DNA of 64,000 nucleotides from Desulfomonilia bacterium. GTDB lineage: Bacteria > Desulfobacterota > Desulfomonilia > UBA1062. The notes beneath the pieces were generated by a model. That model did not search any database. It was not told where the DNA came from and saw nothing but the letters and a program-made list of their open reading frames with translations. Location: assembly GCA_963664325.2 (NCBI GenBank), contig CAXXDQ010000007.1, forward strand, positions 448,001-512,000, written 5' to 3'. Below, piece by piece: positions 1 to 9,706 of the stretch (its first letter is position 1; each line of letters opens with the position of its first letter). A program made the position numbers and the translations under genes.

Positions 1-302
1 CGGGACAGACCGTCAAGAATCTCCTTTTTCTGCCTCGGGGAAAAAGCCGTAATATTGATAAGTCCGCATATTTTTTCACTCACGGGATTGATGTTTTTTT
101 TGTTGCATCCGTTCAAAAGGCTGTCGATCTTTTTTATGCCTTCCCCCATAAACTTTTCGAAAAAGTCCGTTGTTAATGACAGCCATCGCGGAACGGGAAG
201 CCCTGCCCTGCCCATAACCGCAAGGTTTCTCGCCTTGCCGCCTACGAGCTTTATATCGGGTACAGGACAGTCCCGACTTTCAAGATAATATATCCCCTTC
301 AT
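1..302 (-). CDS. PEP-utilising enzyme (PEP synthase/PPDK N-terminal ATP-grasp family), 3' end outside window
   Basis: Hand translation from ATG 302: MKGIYYLESRDCPVPDIKLVGGKARNLAVMGRAGLPVPRWLSLTTDFF..., open to the window edge. VGGK-x-NL...GLPVP is the typical PPDK/PEP synthase N-terminus. Not in the ORF track. Confidence 0.85.
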   Translation of the reverse strand, partial: MKGIYYLESRDCPVPDIKLVGGKARNLAVMGRAGLPVPRWLSLTTDFFEKFMGEGIKKIDSLLNGCNKKNINPVSEKICGLINITAFSPRQKKEILDGLS

Positions 303-307
303 GATAT

Positions 308-1231
308 TCACCTTTGACAGATAATATAAAAGGCTATGGCCGAATTAAGATAAAAGCCAATGGTATAAAGGGCACCCGCCCCTTCCACTATTTTTGATCT
401 TTTCAGCACTGGTTTCTTAAGGAACATCAGGTCTGCGGCAAGAAACAACATATACAGCCCGGCCTGAACTCCAGATGATATGATACTTGCACCTGCTGAG
501 GCGAATACGAAAACCAGCGCACAGGTTGAAAAAACTGCAGTGAGCTGGTTTACCAGAACCGTTGCCGGCCGGCCCCAGAATTTGGTATAGGAGTCTGCAA
601 ATTCATGCTCCTTTTCTTCCGGCCATGTCTTTCTTGAAATTTCATAGGTGATAAAAGAACCCAGGCTTGCTGTAAAAAATGCCGCAGCGGACAATATATC
701 GATATTGGACGGCTTTCTCTGGAAAAACCCGAGAAGCAGGACTATCGGGACAAGTATCTGATGGCTCAAAAGGTATATGCCCATGTGGCGGTTTAAAAAT
801 CCGGGCACAAAAAATTCCTTGAGCATCAAAAATGTATAGAAAAAGATTATTGCCCAGATAACAAGGGTGTATACGCCGAGATAAAAACCCACTGCAATTT
901 CCAGAGCGATAATAATTAAAAGCAGCTTCCTGAGATCGGACAGCGTTATGTCGCCTCGGCTCAACATTCTTTCAGGATGTGCAATAATGTCTTTTTTATA
1001 ATCTTTATGCTCGTCAAAAATCCTCAAATGAAATGTTATGAGAAAAACAAGGATAGAACCAAGTATTATCTCTGAAATATGCTGCGGTGATTCAGGTGAA
1101 AAAAGCCCGCCCAGAAAATATGATGAGCAGTAAAGGGCGGCTGCAAATACAAGAGCGGGTGCAACCGGGAACCTCTCTTTTGAATAAAGGGCATACATTT
1201 TTATACCGGACGGTTTTGCGTTATCCGCCAT
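308..1231 (-). CDS. UbiA-superfamily prenyltransferase-like membrane protein
   Basis: Multi-TM protein with Asp-rich RIFDEHKDYKKD followed by HPERMLSRG (UbiA first motif and RPxxxG equivalent) and a second motif region YEISRK...DSYT. Confidence 0.75.
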   Translation of the reverse strand: MADNAKPSGIKMYALYSKERFPVAPALVFAAALYCSSYFLGGLFSPESPQHISEIILGSILVFLITFHLRIFDEHKDYKKDIIAHPERMLSRGDITLSDLRKLLLIIIALEIAVGFYLGVYTLVIWAIIFFYTFLMLKEFFVPGFLNRHMGIYLLSHQILVPIVLLLGFFQRKPSNIDILSAAAFFTASLGSFITYEISRKTWPEEKEHEFADSYTKFWGRPATVLVNQLTAVFSTCALVFVFASAGASIISSGVQAGLYMLFLAADLMFLKKPVLKRSKIVEGAGALYTIGFYLNSAIAFYIICQR

Positions 1232-1243
1232 GTTATCCTCCGC

Positions 1244-2317
1244 CTAGATTCTTATCGTGTACAGCTTATAGATATTGTCTCTGCTGAAAACTTTCATCGG
1301 CCTCACAGAGCAGCTATCGATATGGCAGAAAGCCCCAATAAGGTAATCATATCCCTTTGTTTTTGCCTGGAGAGCTTCGGCACACGACATGGCGCTTTGT
1401 ATACCTTTGTTTCGGTATTCGGGGAGGACGGCCGTTGTCTTCAGGACAAGGCCTTTAGGCGAGTTCCTTCCCATGTAAAGCCGTATCTTGTTCACAATTG
1501 AGTTCAAATCAAGGTTTTCAAAGTATCCTGTATAGTCCGGGCTTGAATAGAAAAAGCCCACCTCCTTGCCTTCAAACATAACTATCTTAAAGAAGTCTTC
1601 GACAATCATACTCTTTGATCCGGTGTAAAGGCCCCTGAATTCCTCAAAAGGGATACCAGTATAAAAGAGGTTGCCGGCAAACCCTTCCAAGCTCATTGAA
1701 TAAAGGATCCTGAGTTCCTTCTCAAACCTTGATTTGTTAAAGTTCCTGAAGTAGAAGCCTTCTTTCAGAACCTTATCATATCTATCCCTGTTGTCGTCAA
1801 TAAACTGATCTATATACGGGCAGAGCATGCTTATATAGCTGTATGTTTCATCAACCCCGTAGCGTTTTGCATATTCCGGATAATAGGGCTTATTCGGATA
1901 TTCAAAAAAGAAATAAAATTCATTCTTGGCAATAAACCTGTACTGATACCAGGTTGAGATGAAAAACGGGAAGAGCATGCTACGGTTGTCTCTCAAAGAT
2001 TTTTTAGCACAATCAATCATGGCGCAGAAAATATCATAGTCTTCAATCACCTCAAAAAGCCCGACCTGACCGTAAGGTATTCCTCCGGCATCGCATATGC
2101 CTTTATTTGCATACACCGACATCCTGCCTACGGCATCTATTCCGTCCTTAAGAGCAACATACAACCCGGTGTTGTGAGGGGCATCCAGCAGCCTCCTTGT
2201 TTTCATTATGGTGTTCCTGACAAGCGGGGTATCGCCATAGAGCTTGAGAGGCAGCATCAGAAAAGCTTCAAGCTGCTTCTTATCGTTAATGTCGATCTTT
2301 ATGATCTCAAGGGCCAT
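1244..2317 (-). CDS. GNAT N-acyltransferase, YghO/bacterial ceramide synthase (bCerS)-like
   Basis: C-terminal acyl-CoA motif AVLPEYRNKGI. Blocks FLMLPLKLY, VGRMSVY, GLFEVIED, PNKPYY, RFEKEL and VGFFYSSPD resemble the YghO/bCerS family (recognised by eye). Confidence 0.65.
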   Translation of the reverse strand: MALEIIKIDINDKKQLEAFLMLPLKLYGDTPLVRNTIMKTRRLLDAPHNTGLYVALKDGIDAVGRMSVYANKGICDAGGIPYGQVGLFEVIEDYDIFCAMIDCAKKSLRDNRSMLFPFFISTWYQYRFIAKNEFYFFFEYPNKPYYPEYAKRYGVDETYSYISMLCPYIDQFIDDNRDRYDKVLKEGFYFRNFNKSRFEKELRILYSMSLEGFAGNLFYTGIPFEEFRGLYTGSKSMIVEDFFKIVMFEGKEVGFFYSSPDYTGYFENLDLNSIVNKIRLYMGRNSPKGLVLKTTAVLPEYRNKGIQSAMSCAEALQAKTKGYDYLIGAFCHIDSCSVRPMKVFSRDNIYKLYTIRI

Positions 2318-2335
2318 GCCATCTATCCCCTAAAG

Positions 2336-3688
2336 CTATATTTCGGCATTTGCATAAGATTTACGCGATTTGTAATTCATCGCAACCGTCACAAGAGCCA
2401 TCTTCGGATTCTTGGTATGAACAAGGGCTTTTATCGCCCTTGACATTATCCTGAGCGGTGAGTAGAACTCAAGCCCGGTGTCCCTCACCCATTTCTTGAG
2501 CTCATGAATCTTGAGATTCCTGGGTATGAAATGAACACCCATGATAAAGTCCTTTTCCATCTTTTTCCAGTCTTCGGGAAAGTCTTTAAGAAGCAGCCTT
2601 CCTTCTTCTTTCAATGACTCGTATAGCTTGGTGCCGGGTATCGGCTGCATGATCTGCAGCCTTAAAAGGTCAAAGTTTATCGCTTTCAGGAAATCTCCTG
2701 TTCTCCTGAGGACATCGAGAGTATCTGAATCGTTGCCGACTATCATCTCTCCGGTTACGAGAATCTTCCTTTTCTGTGCATTGGCGACAAGCCCGGCATA
2801 TGAATCGACGCCGAACTTGAGGTTGAGCGTCTTGTTCATCTCCTTCAAGGACTCCGGATTTATCGATTCAAACCCGACGAATACCATGGCGCACCCGGCC
2901 TGTGATGCGAGCTCAAGCGCCTCGTCATCAGCCAGGGCGTTTACAGAGACATAGCAGGTGAAATATTTGAAAGACAGCCTGCCCTCGTTCCTCGCGGCTA
3001 TCATTCTCCGGCAGAGCTCTTTGAACCTGTCTATTTCGTTTTTTGAATAGCCATAAATATTACCGTCGGTAAAGAACACTATGTCATAGCCTTTTGGAAG
3101 ACCCAGGAGCTCTTCCATCACATCATCCACGTCGCGCGTCCGGTACTTACCCCGGTAAAACCTGTTAATCACGCAGAAGTTACAGTTGAACGGGCAGCCT
3201 CGGCTGGTGGAAACGGGCATGAAGGAATAGCCTTTTCTGAACAGGTCATGACGCGGCCGCTTCAATCCCTGAAGACCCTTAAGCTCACCTGTATAAACCT
3301 TCTTAAGCGAACCTCTTTCAAAATCATCTAAAATCTTTCCGATTATATATTCACCGTCACCGACGCACACGGCATCACAAAAGCGCGACGCCTCGTCAAC
3401 GCACATGGATGCATGCACGCCCCCGGTGATGACCTTTATGCCCCTTTTCCTGAATTCAGCGGAGATTTCATAAGCCCGGTTTGCTGTCAGTGTTGTCGTA
3501 GTTATGCCTACAAGATCTGCCTTCATGTTAAAATCGATCTTTTCAATCTGTTCATCGACAATCGCTACATCCCAGTGTACCGGGACATAGGCCGCCAGAT
3601 AACCGAGCCCGAGCGGGTAAAGCGTCCGGATGTTCCGGTCAACCTCCCTGTTCTGCCATTGCGGCTGAATAAGGACAAGTCTGGGCAT
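2336..3688 (-). CDS. B12-binding radical SAM protein (class B methyltransferase-like)
   Basis: N-terminal cobalamin-binding pattern (PLGLGYLAA...ADLVGIT...GGVHAS...GDGE) plus SRGCPFNCNFC. Confidence 0.9.
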   Translation of the reverse strand: MPRLVLIQPQWQNREVDRNIRTLYPLGLGYLAAYVPVHWDVAIVDEQIEKIDFNMKADLVGITTTTLTANRAYEISAEFRKRGIKVITGGVHASMCVDEASRFCDAVCVGDGEYIIGKILDDFERGSLKKVYTGELKGLQGLKRPRHDLFRKGYSFMPVSTSRGCPFNCNFCVINRFYRGKYRTRDVDDVMEELLGLPKGYDIVFFTDGNIYGYSKNEIDRFKELCRRMIAARNEGRLSFKYFTCYVSVNALADDEALELASQAGCAMVFVGFESINPESLKEMNKTLNLKFGVDSYAGLVANAQKRKILVTGEMIVGNDSDTLDVLRRTGDFLKAINFDLLRLQIMQPIPGTKLYESLKEEGRLLLKDFPEDWKKMEKDFIMGVHFIPRNLKIHELKKWVRDTGLEFYSPLRIMSRAIKALVHTKNPKMALVTVAMNYKSRKSYANAEI

Positions 3689-3711
3689 ATCGGTCTCTCC
3701 CGTGCCTGGAT

Positions 3712-6453
3712 CTATACTATACCGAACGTTTCGGAACCCTCGGTAATCAAAGTCCTCAGGTTGGCGTATACCCTGTCCATATAAGGAAACTTAAGGACGT
3801 TGTGCGCCAGCAGGTACAGGTTGAACCTGATGACTGCAAGCTTTATCGCGTTGAGATAAAGCACTTTTTCAAATATTTTTTTATCGAAAGTCCTTTCTGA
3901 AAATCCTTCGAGGTTTTTCATATACTGGGATATGTAACGGCTGAAACTGCTTCTTGTCGCATTGCCGGGCAGACAGTAAACAAGAAACTCAACGGCATCG
4001 AGCTGCGGGTTCTGCCAGCACGGTACCTCCCAGTCGTATAAAACCAGCCTCGACCTTTTAGGTTCAGGCTTCCTGAGGCAGATATTCCTGACATTGAAGT
4101 CATTATGTGTCAGTGTCATTGGAAAAGACTCCATCTCGTTTAAAATCCCCGGGATATTGTCAAGAAATACCTGATAAATCTTTTCAATGGGTTTCGTCAG
4201 TAGTTCCGGGAATCGTCTGGCGTTATACGACGTCAGCTCGGACAGCAGGTCCGATGCGGGAACAAGATTCTTTTCGGTATAGTTATTGACGTTTATCTCT
4301 TCGGGAATATCTTCAAAGCGCTCCATATATACAGAATGCATCCCGGCAAGGTCGAACAATACTGCCTTTATGCTTTCGGCATCCCAGAGCGACGGCCTGT
4401 TGACCGTATCCAGATGGGTTGAAGACGACAGGTCCTCCATCAGCACAGCATAGGCGTTCTTTGAGGCATCTGCATAAGAGCCGTATATTTCAGGGCAGTA
4501 TGAAAGCATATCCTTTCCGGCAAGTCTGTAAAAAGCAATTTCCCTCTCATGGCTTCCGTCAAACCCGAATACATTCACCTGGGACTCGAACAGGCCCGGC
4601 AGCCTGTCTTCACCTGAAAGCCTGGCAAGGCCTATGCCGACATCTATTATTTCCGTGTCAGAGGTTTTGAGCTTGAGAATTGCAGGCAGGTCAGTGATTC
4701 CTGATTTTGTTTCAATTTTCAGATCAAATTTATAAAGCCCGTGGAATTTCTTCGCTCTGGATTTGACGGTCTTTGTAATGATGCTTGAATCTGATGATAT
4801 CCTGCCTTCTTCGAAGGATACGACCTTTGTATCCTTGTCGAGCAGCATCGAGTTGAAGAAATCAAGCGTGATGTCAGCCCTTGAAAGATACTTTGCCGGC
4901 CTGTTTCTCCCATACCTGTCATGGGCGCTGGCGAATTCATTCGATGTCATTGCAGAACCCGTTGAGAGATCAAGCGACAGGCATGCTGCGGCAATGATTT
5001 CCGCAAGCCTGAACGATTTGCCCGGTCCGTAGCAGTTCATGAGTTCAAGGCATTCCCTCTGCGAGGGCAGCTTTGTACCGCCTCCTACGGTGCCGATAAC
5101 GAGCGAAGGAAGATATGCTGTAAACAGGATGCCGTTGTCCTGCTCTCGAACCTTGAATATCCCCACCGAAGACTCATGAACGCATGCGATATCCTGCCCG
5201 GTTGCAGTAAAAATACCAGCTATGGGATTGGCAAAATTGATGTTCATGCCGACTATGCCGACCCTCTGAGCGGAAAACTCCCCTTCATGATAATGCCGTG
5301 CAAAATCCTTGTAGTTGGTCCTGAGCTTGTCTTTGAAAAGTTTTCCCGGAACAAAGCATGATGCCTGCACGCTTATTCCTCTGCCTTTTATAAAGCTGCC
5401 GTAGCTGACCTTTTTGTCCGCGGACATGTTCCCGTCTATATTGTATGAATCAAACCCGATCGAGTCATTATCCAATATCTGTTCGACAATCCATTCGCAT
5501 GCGACCCATGTGCATGATGTCGTCATATTCTGTCCTGCCGCATCGCCCGTCGTATACGTAAAATTCAGATGCATGGCCGCACCGTAGACTTCCGGTGTTA
5601 TATGTTTGATCCTGGCAATGGAAGATACGCTCTCGGCCTTTGCAGTTATGTTCCTGATGTTACCCTGTACCCAGCGCTGAAGATTCCTGGCGCTCTGCAT
5701 GTCTTTGCAGAAAAATACAGGGACCCGCTGCATTTTCTGTTCGATAACCTGGGTCTCTATGCCGCCGGCAAGATTGCACACCCTTGCCCCCCTTGATATG
5801 GAACTCACAAGCGCACCTTCCGTGGTCGCTATGGGAACCGGGATATACCCGTTTGCATATACGCCGTTGATGAGAATAGGCCCCGCAATGCCGACAGGAA
5901 TCTGAACCGCGCCGATATAATTCTCGATGTTCCCGGCAAGGGATTCGGCCTTCAGTATAGTTTTGGAGATCGAATCCAGCATTGAGCCGCTCATCGTGCG
6001 CGCCCATCCCTGCCGGGTCTTGACCGATGCATCGGAATAATGCTCACTGCCCGAAAATTTGGGTATCATGTCCTCCCTGTACATCTTTGTAATGCTTTTT
6101 ACCGGCCTTTCCCACAGTTGCTGGAAGGCCTCCCTGAACTGTCTTTCGTCTCTGGCTCCGGAAGTGCATACAGCCACTTGTGACTTTCCGGTTGTATAAT
6201 TGTAATTGCAGTGCAGTACAGTCATCCCTTCAATGACCTTCCGTGTGCCGACGGAATCAAAATACAGCCTTGAGACAATGTCGCCCGGTCTTATTTCAAT
6301 CCGGGAATCAACACTTATACAAAGTCCGTTTTCCCAGAAATTTGAAACGAAACCATTACAAACCGTTTCATTGACCAGAAAGAGAACCTTAGGCTCTCTG
6401 CCCTCATGATAATACTTGCGGCCTTTTATTTTCATCCTTCCCATGTTTTTCAA
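3712..6453 (-). CDS. Class I HMG-CoA reductase-like domain fused to a C-terminal APH/choline-kinase-like phosphotransferase; ~115 aa N-terminal domain, possibly PilZ-like
   Basis: HMGR motifs ENYIG, PIATTEGALV, TTGDAAGQNM, GNMSADKK, ATGQDIA, GTVGGGT and C-terminal His (ASAHD). Kinase motifs THNDFNVRN and YDWE. Confidence 0.85.
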   Translation of the reverse strand: MKNMGRMKIKGRKYYHEGREPKVLFLVNETVCNGFVSNFWENGLCISVDSRIEIRPGDIVSRLYFDSVGTRKVIEGMTVLHCNYNYTTGKSQVAVCTSGARDERQFREAFQQLWERPVKSITKMYREDMIPKFSGSEHYSDASVKTRQGWARTMSGSMLDSISKTILKAESLAGNIENYIGAVQIPVGIAGPILINGVYANGYIPVPIATTEGALVSSISRGARVCNLAGGIETQVIEQKMQRVPVFFCKDMQSARNLQRWVQGNIRNITAKAESVSSIARIKHITPEVYGAAMHLNFTYTTGDAAGQNMTTSCTWVACEWIVEQILDNDSIGFDSYNIDGNMSADKKVSYGSFIKGRGISVQASCFVPGKLFKDKLRTNYKDFARHYHEGEFSAQRVGIVGMNINFANPIAGIFTATGQDIACVHESSVGIFKVREQDNGILFTAYLPSLVIGTVGGGTKLPSQRECLELMNCYGPGKSFRLAEIIAAACLSLDLSTGSAMTSNEFASAHDRYGRNRPAKYLSRADITLDFFNSMLLDKDTKVVSFEEGRISSDSSIITKTVKSRAKKFHGLYKFDLKIETKSGITDLPAILKLKTSDTEIIDVGIGLARLSGEDRLPGLFESQVNVFGFDGSHEREIAFYRLAGKDMLSYCPEIYGSYADASKNAYAVLMEDLSSSTHLDTVNRPSLWDAESIKAVLFDLAGMHSVYMERFEDIPEEINVNNYTEKNLVPASDLLSELTSYNARRFPELLTKPIEKIYQVFLDNIPGILNEMESFPMTLTHNDFNVRNICLRKPEPKRSRLVLYDWEVPCWQNPQLDAVEFLVYCLPGNATRSSFSRYISQYMKNLEGFSERTFDKKIFEKVLYLNAIKLAVIRFNLYLLAHNVLKFPYMDRVYANLRTLITEGSETFGIV

Positions 6454-6475
6454 CCCACCAAAAAAAATATTTCAA

Positions 6476-8788
6476 TTATAAATCAGCGGCTTTCCCCATC
6501 ACGCTTTCCCCGGTAGCCTTTTCACCCGAAAAGAGAATCAGCAGCGACGGCAGCAGCAGTATATCGCAAAGCAATGCAACACTCAGTGTAAGACTTGTGA
6601 GTATGCCGAAATATACCACGGATGTGACATGGCCGAATATCATTATAAGGTATCCGAATACCAGTATAATATTGGAAATGAACATCGGGGCTCCTTTGAA
6701 AAGCAGCGTATCCCTGACCGCATCGCGCACGCCTGCACCCGCTTTTCTAAGAAATTTGAAATAATAGAGGTAATGAATAGTATTATCGACAGAGAGCCCT
6801 ATCGTGATTGCCGCGACAGTGACGGTTGCAACATCAAGGTTTATGCCGGTAAAGCCCATGAAACCGAGCGTGAAGATTATGGGTATGATGTTGGGGATTA
6901 TTATTATGAGCAGGTAATACCATGAACGGAGCAGTATCGTGGTGCTTGCAAATATAAGTATGAAGGCCAGTATAAAGCTCTCGACCTGGGTTCTGGCTAT
7001 GTACTCTATAAGCTTTATGTAAAGCGGGATGTAGCCTCCGAAGGCCACGTCCACATTCCCGCTGAAAGCTTCATCTATCATCTTTTCAGTTTTGTCGATT
7101 ACCGTCCTGAACGAACGGCTGCTCGTCATGGGTATGCGGATCGTCAGTCTTGCCTCGGTATATCCGTTGTCAACGAAATACCAGAGGTCATTTTTGCCGT
7201 TCATTTCATAGAGCAGCAGTTCCTGTGCAACAGCATTCCTGGTATCAGGGATTTTGTAAGAAGACTCTCTGTTGTCTGTAAGAACACGGTTTAGCAGCTT
7301 TACCACATCGGCAATTGATGTCGATTTGTTGTAGGAAGGATCTCTTTCAATCCTGTCCTGAAGGAGACTCAGGCCTTTCAGGAAACCGGGGTCCTTTATC
7401 GTCCCGCTTTTAGGAATCAACCTCACCTCAAGCGGGACATAAAAACCGTAATCCTTCTCGAAGAACTCCGAGTCCTTTCTGATACCGTTTGATTCCTTGA
7501 GCATGCCGATTGTGTAGGTATCCACTTTGATCCTTGCAATGCCGGATACGCCCACAATCAGGATCAGAAAAAAGAATGCAACAACAGCCTTGTTGTGCCT
7601 TTGAATAAAGACATTTACCTTTATCAGCCGGGGCCTGAAAAACGTTTCGTAGAATTTATTTTCAGGCTCGACCGGGGGTCCCTGCCGCTTGTTTCTTTTT
7701 TCCATGAGAACAAGGACAAACGTACCGACAATTATTGAGACGACATATTCAAGGATGACGGCAAGGGCTGCGAATATCCCGAAATACTTGAGTATCTTCA
7801 TCGGGCTTGTGCAGAAGGAGAAAAAACCCACCGCGGTAGTAAATGAAGTGAAGAAACACGGCACAAGCACATGGCTTATAGTCTTCTTTATATCGCGCTC
7901 TGAGGGCGGCGTATCGTAATAATGGGAATATATGAATATTATGTCTTCAAGGCACATGATCAGAACGAGAGAGGGAAGTATTGCGGACACCATGTTGAGC
8001 TTCTGCTTGAAGAGGCCCAGGACGCCCAGTATGATCACCGAGATGAGGACTATGGTAGCCGTTGTTGCAATCATTATGGATTTTTTTCTGTAGAAGATGA
8101 GAATCGAAAACAGCAGTATGATGTAGGTCAGGCCTGTAAAGAGCGACGTGTCGTTGAGCGTCAGCCGGTTAAGCTCGTCATATATTACGCCCGTACCCAT
8201 TAGCTTGAAATCAATACCTTTAAGATTCTCTTTCACGAATCCGATCAGTTCGGGCCTCTTTGCATCCATTTCATCCGTTACGACCGGCTCGATAACAATG
8301 ATAGTCGCGGAAGAATCCTTGTTGAGCAGCAGTTTCCTCATCTGCGGGTTCGAATTAAGTCTTTTTTTGAAGTTATCAAGGTTGAATGATCCGTCGGGTT
8401 TTGATTCTACTATATCCTCAACAATGAGCATGTCACCTTTGCTGTCAAGGTATGGGGCATCGGTAATGGAAAGGATTCGTTTGACCAGCTTGTGTTTGCC
8501 GAGTTCGTTCGAAATATCATAGATCCTGCCGGCAAATGCCTTATCATAAATTCCCTTTTCAGGTTTGACCCAGACAAGTATCACCTCATCGTTGCCGTAA
8601 ATTCGTTTGAATTGATTGTAATCGATTAAAACCTTGTCGTTTTTCAGAAACCAGACTTCAAGCGAGTTCTCGATGCCGAGGTTCTTGAGGAAATATGCCG
8701 AAAAGGCGGTTGCGAAAAGAACAAGAACTAAGAGCAGCCACCTTTTTTCAACGAGTATCTCTGCAAGCCGATCATTTACCTTTGCCAT
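6476..8788 (-). CDS. MMPL/RND-family exporter
   Basis: 770 aa, two repeats of TM-periplasmic loop-5TM, with LEDIIFIY and SVDNTIHYL motifs. Confidence 0.9.
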   Translation of the reverse strand: MAKVNDRLAEILVEKRWLLLVLVLFATAFSAYFLKNLGIENSLEVWFLKNDKVLIDYNQFKRIYGNDEVILVWVKPEKGIYDKAFAGRIYDISNELGKHKLVKRILSITDAPYLDSKGDMLIVEDIVESKPDGSFNLDNFKKRLNSNPQMRKLLLNKDSSATIIVIEPVVTDEMDAKRPELIGFVKENLKGIDFKLMGTGVIYDELNRLTLNDTSLFTGLTYIILLFSILIFYRKKSIMIATTATIVLISVIILGVLGLFKQKLNMVSAILPSLVLIMCLEDIIFIYSHYYDTPPSERDIKKTISHVLVPCFFTSFTTAVGFFSFCTSPMKILKYFGIFAALAVILEYVVSIIVGTFVLVLMEKRNKRQGPPVEPENKFYETFFRPRLIKVNVFIQRHNKAVVAFFFLILIVGVSGIARIKVDTYTIGMLKESNGIRKDSEFFEKDYGFYVPLEVRLIPKSGTIKDPGFLKGLSLLQDRIERDPSYNKSTSIADVVKLLNRVLTDNRESSYKIPDTRNAVAQELLLYEMNGKNDLWYFVDNGYTEARLTIRIPMTSSRSFRTVIDKTEKMIDEAFSGNVDVAFGGYIPLYIKLIEYIARTQVESFILAFILIFASTTILLRSWYYLLIIIIPNIIPIIFTLGFMGFTGINLDVATVTVAAITIGLSVDNTIHYLYYFKFLRKAGAGVRDAVRDTLLFKGAPMFISNIILVFGYLIMIFGHVTSVVYFGILTSLTLSVALLCDILLLPSLLILFSGEKATGESVMGKAADL

Positions 8789-8913
8789 TCACTGTGCCCT
8801 TAATATAATTATTATATAAAAAAGAACTATAGATTTGATTTTTAGTTTCCCGATAACTTAATAATAATTTATTTTGATATTTTAAATAAAAATCGTGACG
8901 GAGGTATTATTTG

Positions 8914-9702
8914 ATGGGGGTTTTTATAAAATTCACAATGATACTCACTGCATATTGTCTTGCACCAATAGCTGCATTTAACGCATATTCTGCGCAGCCT
9001 GTGCCCTATGATATTGCTAAGAAATCCGATGAAGCCCTTAACAGGGCCAGGGATGTAAAATCTGAAATATCCATGCAGATATTTGACAGGAACGGCAGCA
9101 GGAGGGACAGGCGCATTACTTCCTATGCAAAGAAGTATCCGAACGGAGACAGGAAAACATTGCTTGTTTTTGATTACCCCGCCGATGTCAAGGACAGCGC
9201 TTTTCTTATCTGGGACATTAAAGGCCAGGACGACCGGCAGTGGCTTTATCTGCCGGCCCTTGAAAAAATCCGCCAGATAGCGCCCGGTGACAAAGGGGGC
9301 AGCTTCATGGGTTCCGACTTTTCATATTATGACATGGGAGGCCAGGATGTTGACGACTTCAATTACAAGCTCGTCAAGGAAGAAACTGCCGATGGCTCTT
9401 TATGTTATGTGCTTGAATCATACCCGAAAAAAGCCATCCCCTACGGCAGGATCACGACATGGATAAGGAAGGACAACTTTCTGCCGGTCAGGACTGATAT
9501 TTATGATAAAAAAGGAGAGTTCATGAAGCAGTGCCTGTCAGGGGCCGTAAAGGTGATTAACAATATCCCGACGCCGACCCATATTGTGATGAAGCAGGTG
9601 AAGGATCCCTCGTACACGGTCATTGACCTCGTAAATATTATTTATGATTCCGGTCTCGCCGACGGTATTTTCACGCAGAGATACATGCAGAGGGGAAAGT
9701 AA
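8914..9702 (+). CDS. Outer-membrane lipoprotein-sorting (LolA-like) periplasmic protein
   Basis: Signal peptide; PADVKD, QWLYLPAL and SFMGSDFSYYD family motifs; GGAGG RBS at 8900. Confidence 0.85.
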   Translation: MGVFIKFTMILTAYCLAPIAAFNAYSAQPVPYDIAKKSDEALNRARDVKSEISMQIFDRNGSRRDRRITSYAKKYPNGDRKTLLVFDYPADVKDSAFLIWDIKGQDDRQWLYLPALEKIRQIAPGDKGGSFMGSDFSYYDMGGQDVDDFNYKLVKEETADGSLCYVLESYPKKAIPYGRITTWIRKDNFLPVRTDIYDKKGEFMKQCLSGAVKVINNIPTPTHIVMKQVKDPSYTVIDLVNIIYDSGLADGIFTQRYMQRGK

Positions 9703-9706
9703 GGCG

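Noticed and set aside
3712-6453. Naming the HMGR fusion as a housekeeping mevalonate gene (hmgA/mvaA)
   Set aside because: Unusual fusion and context, with no HMG-CoA synthase or GHMP kinases nearby; the substrate is unproven.
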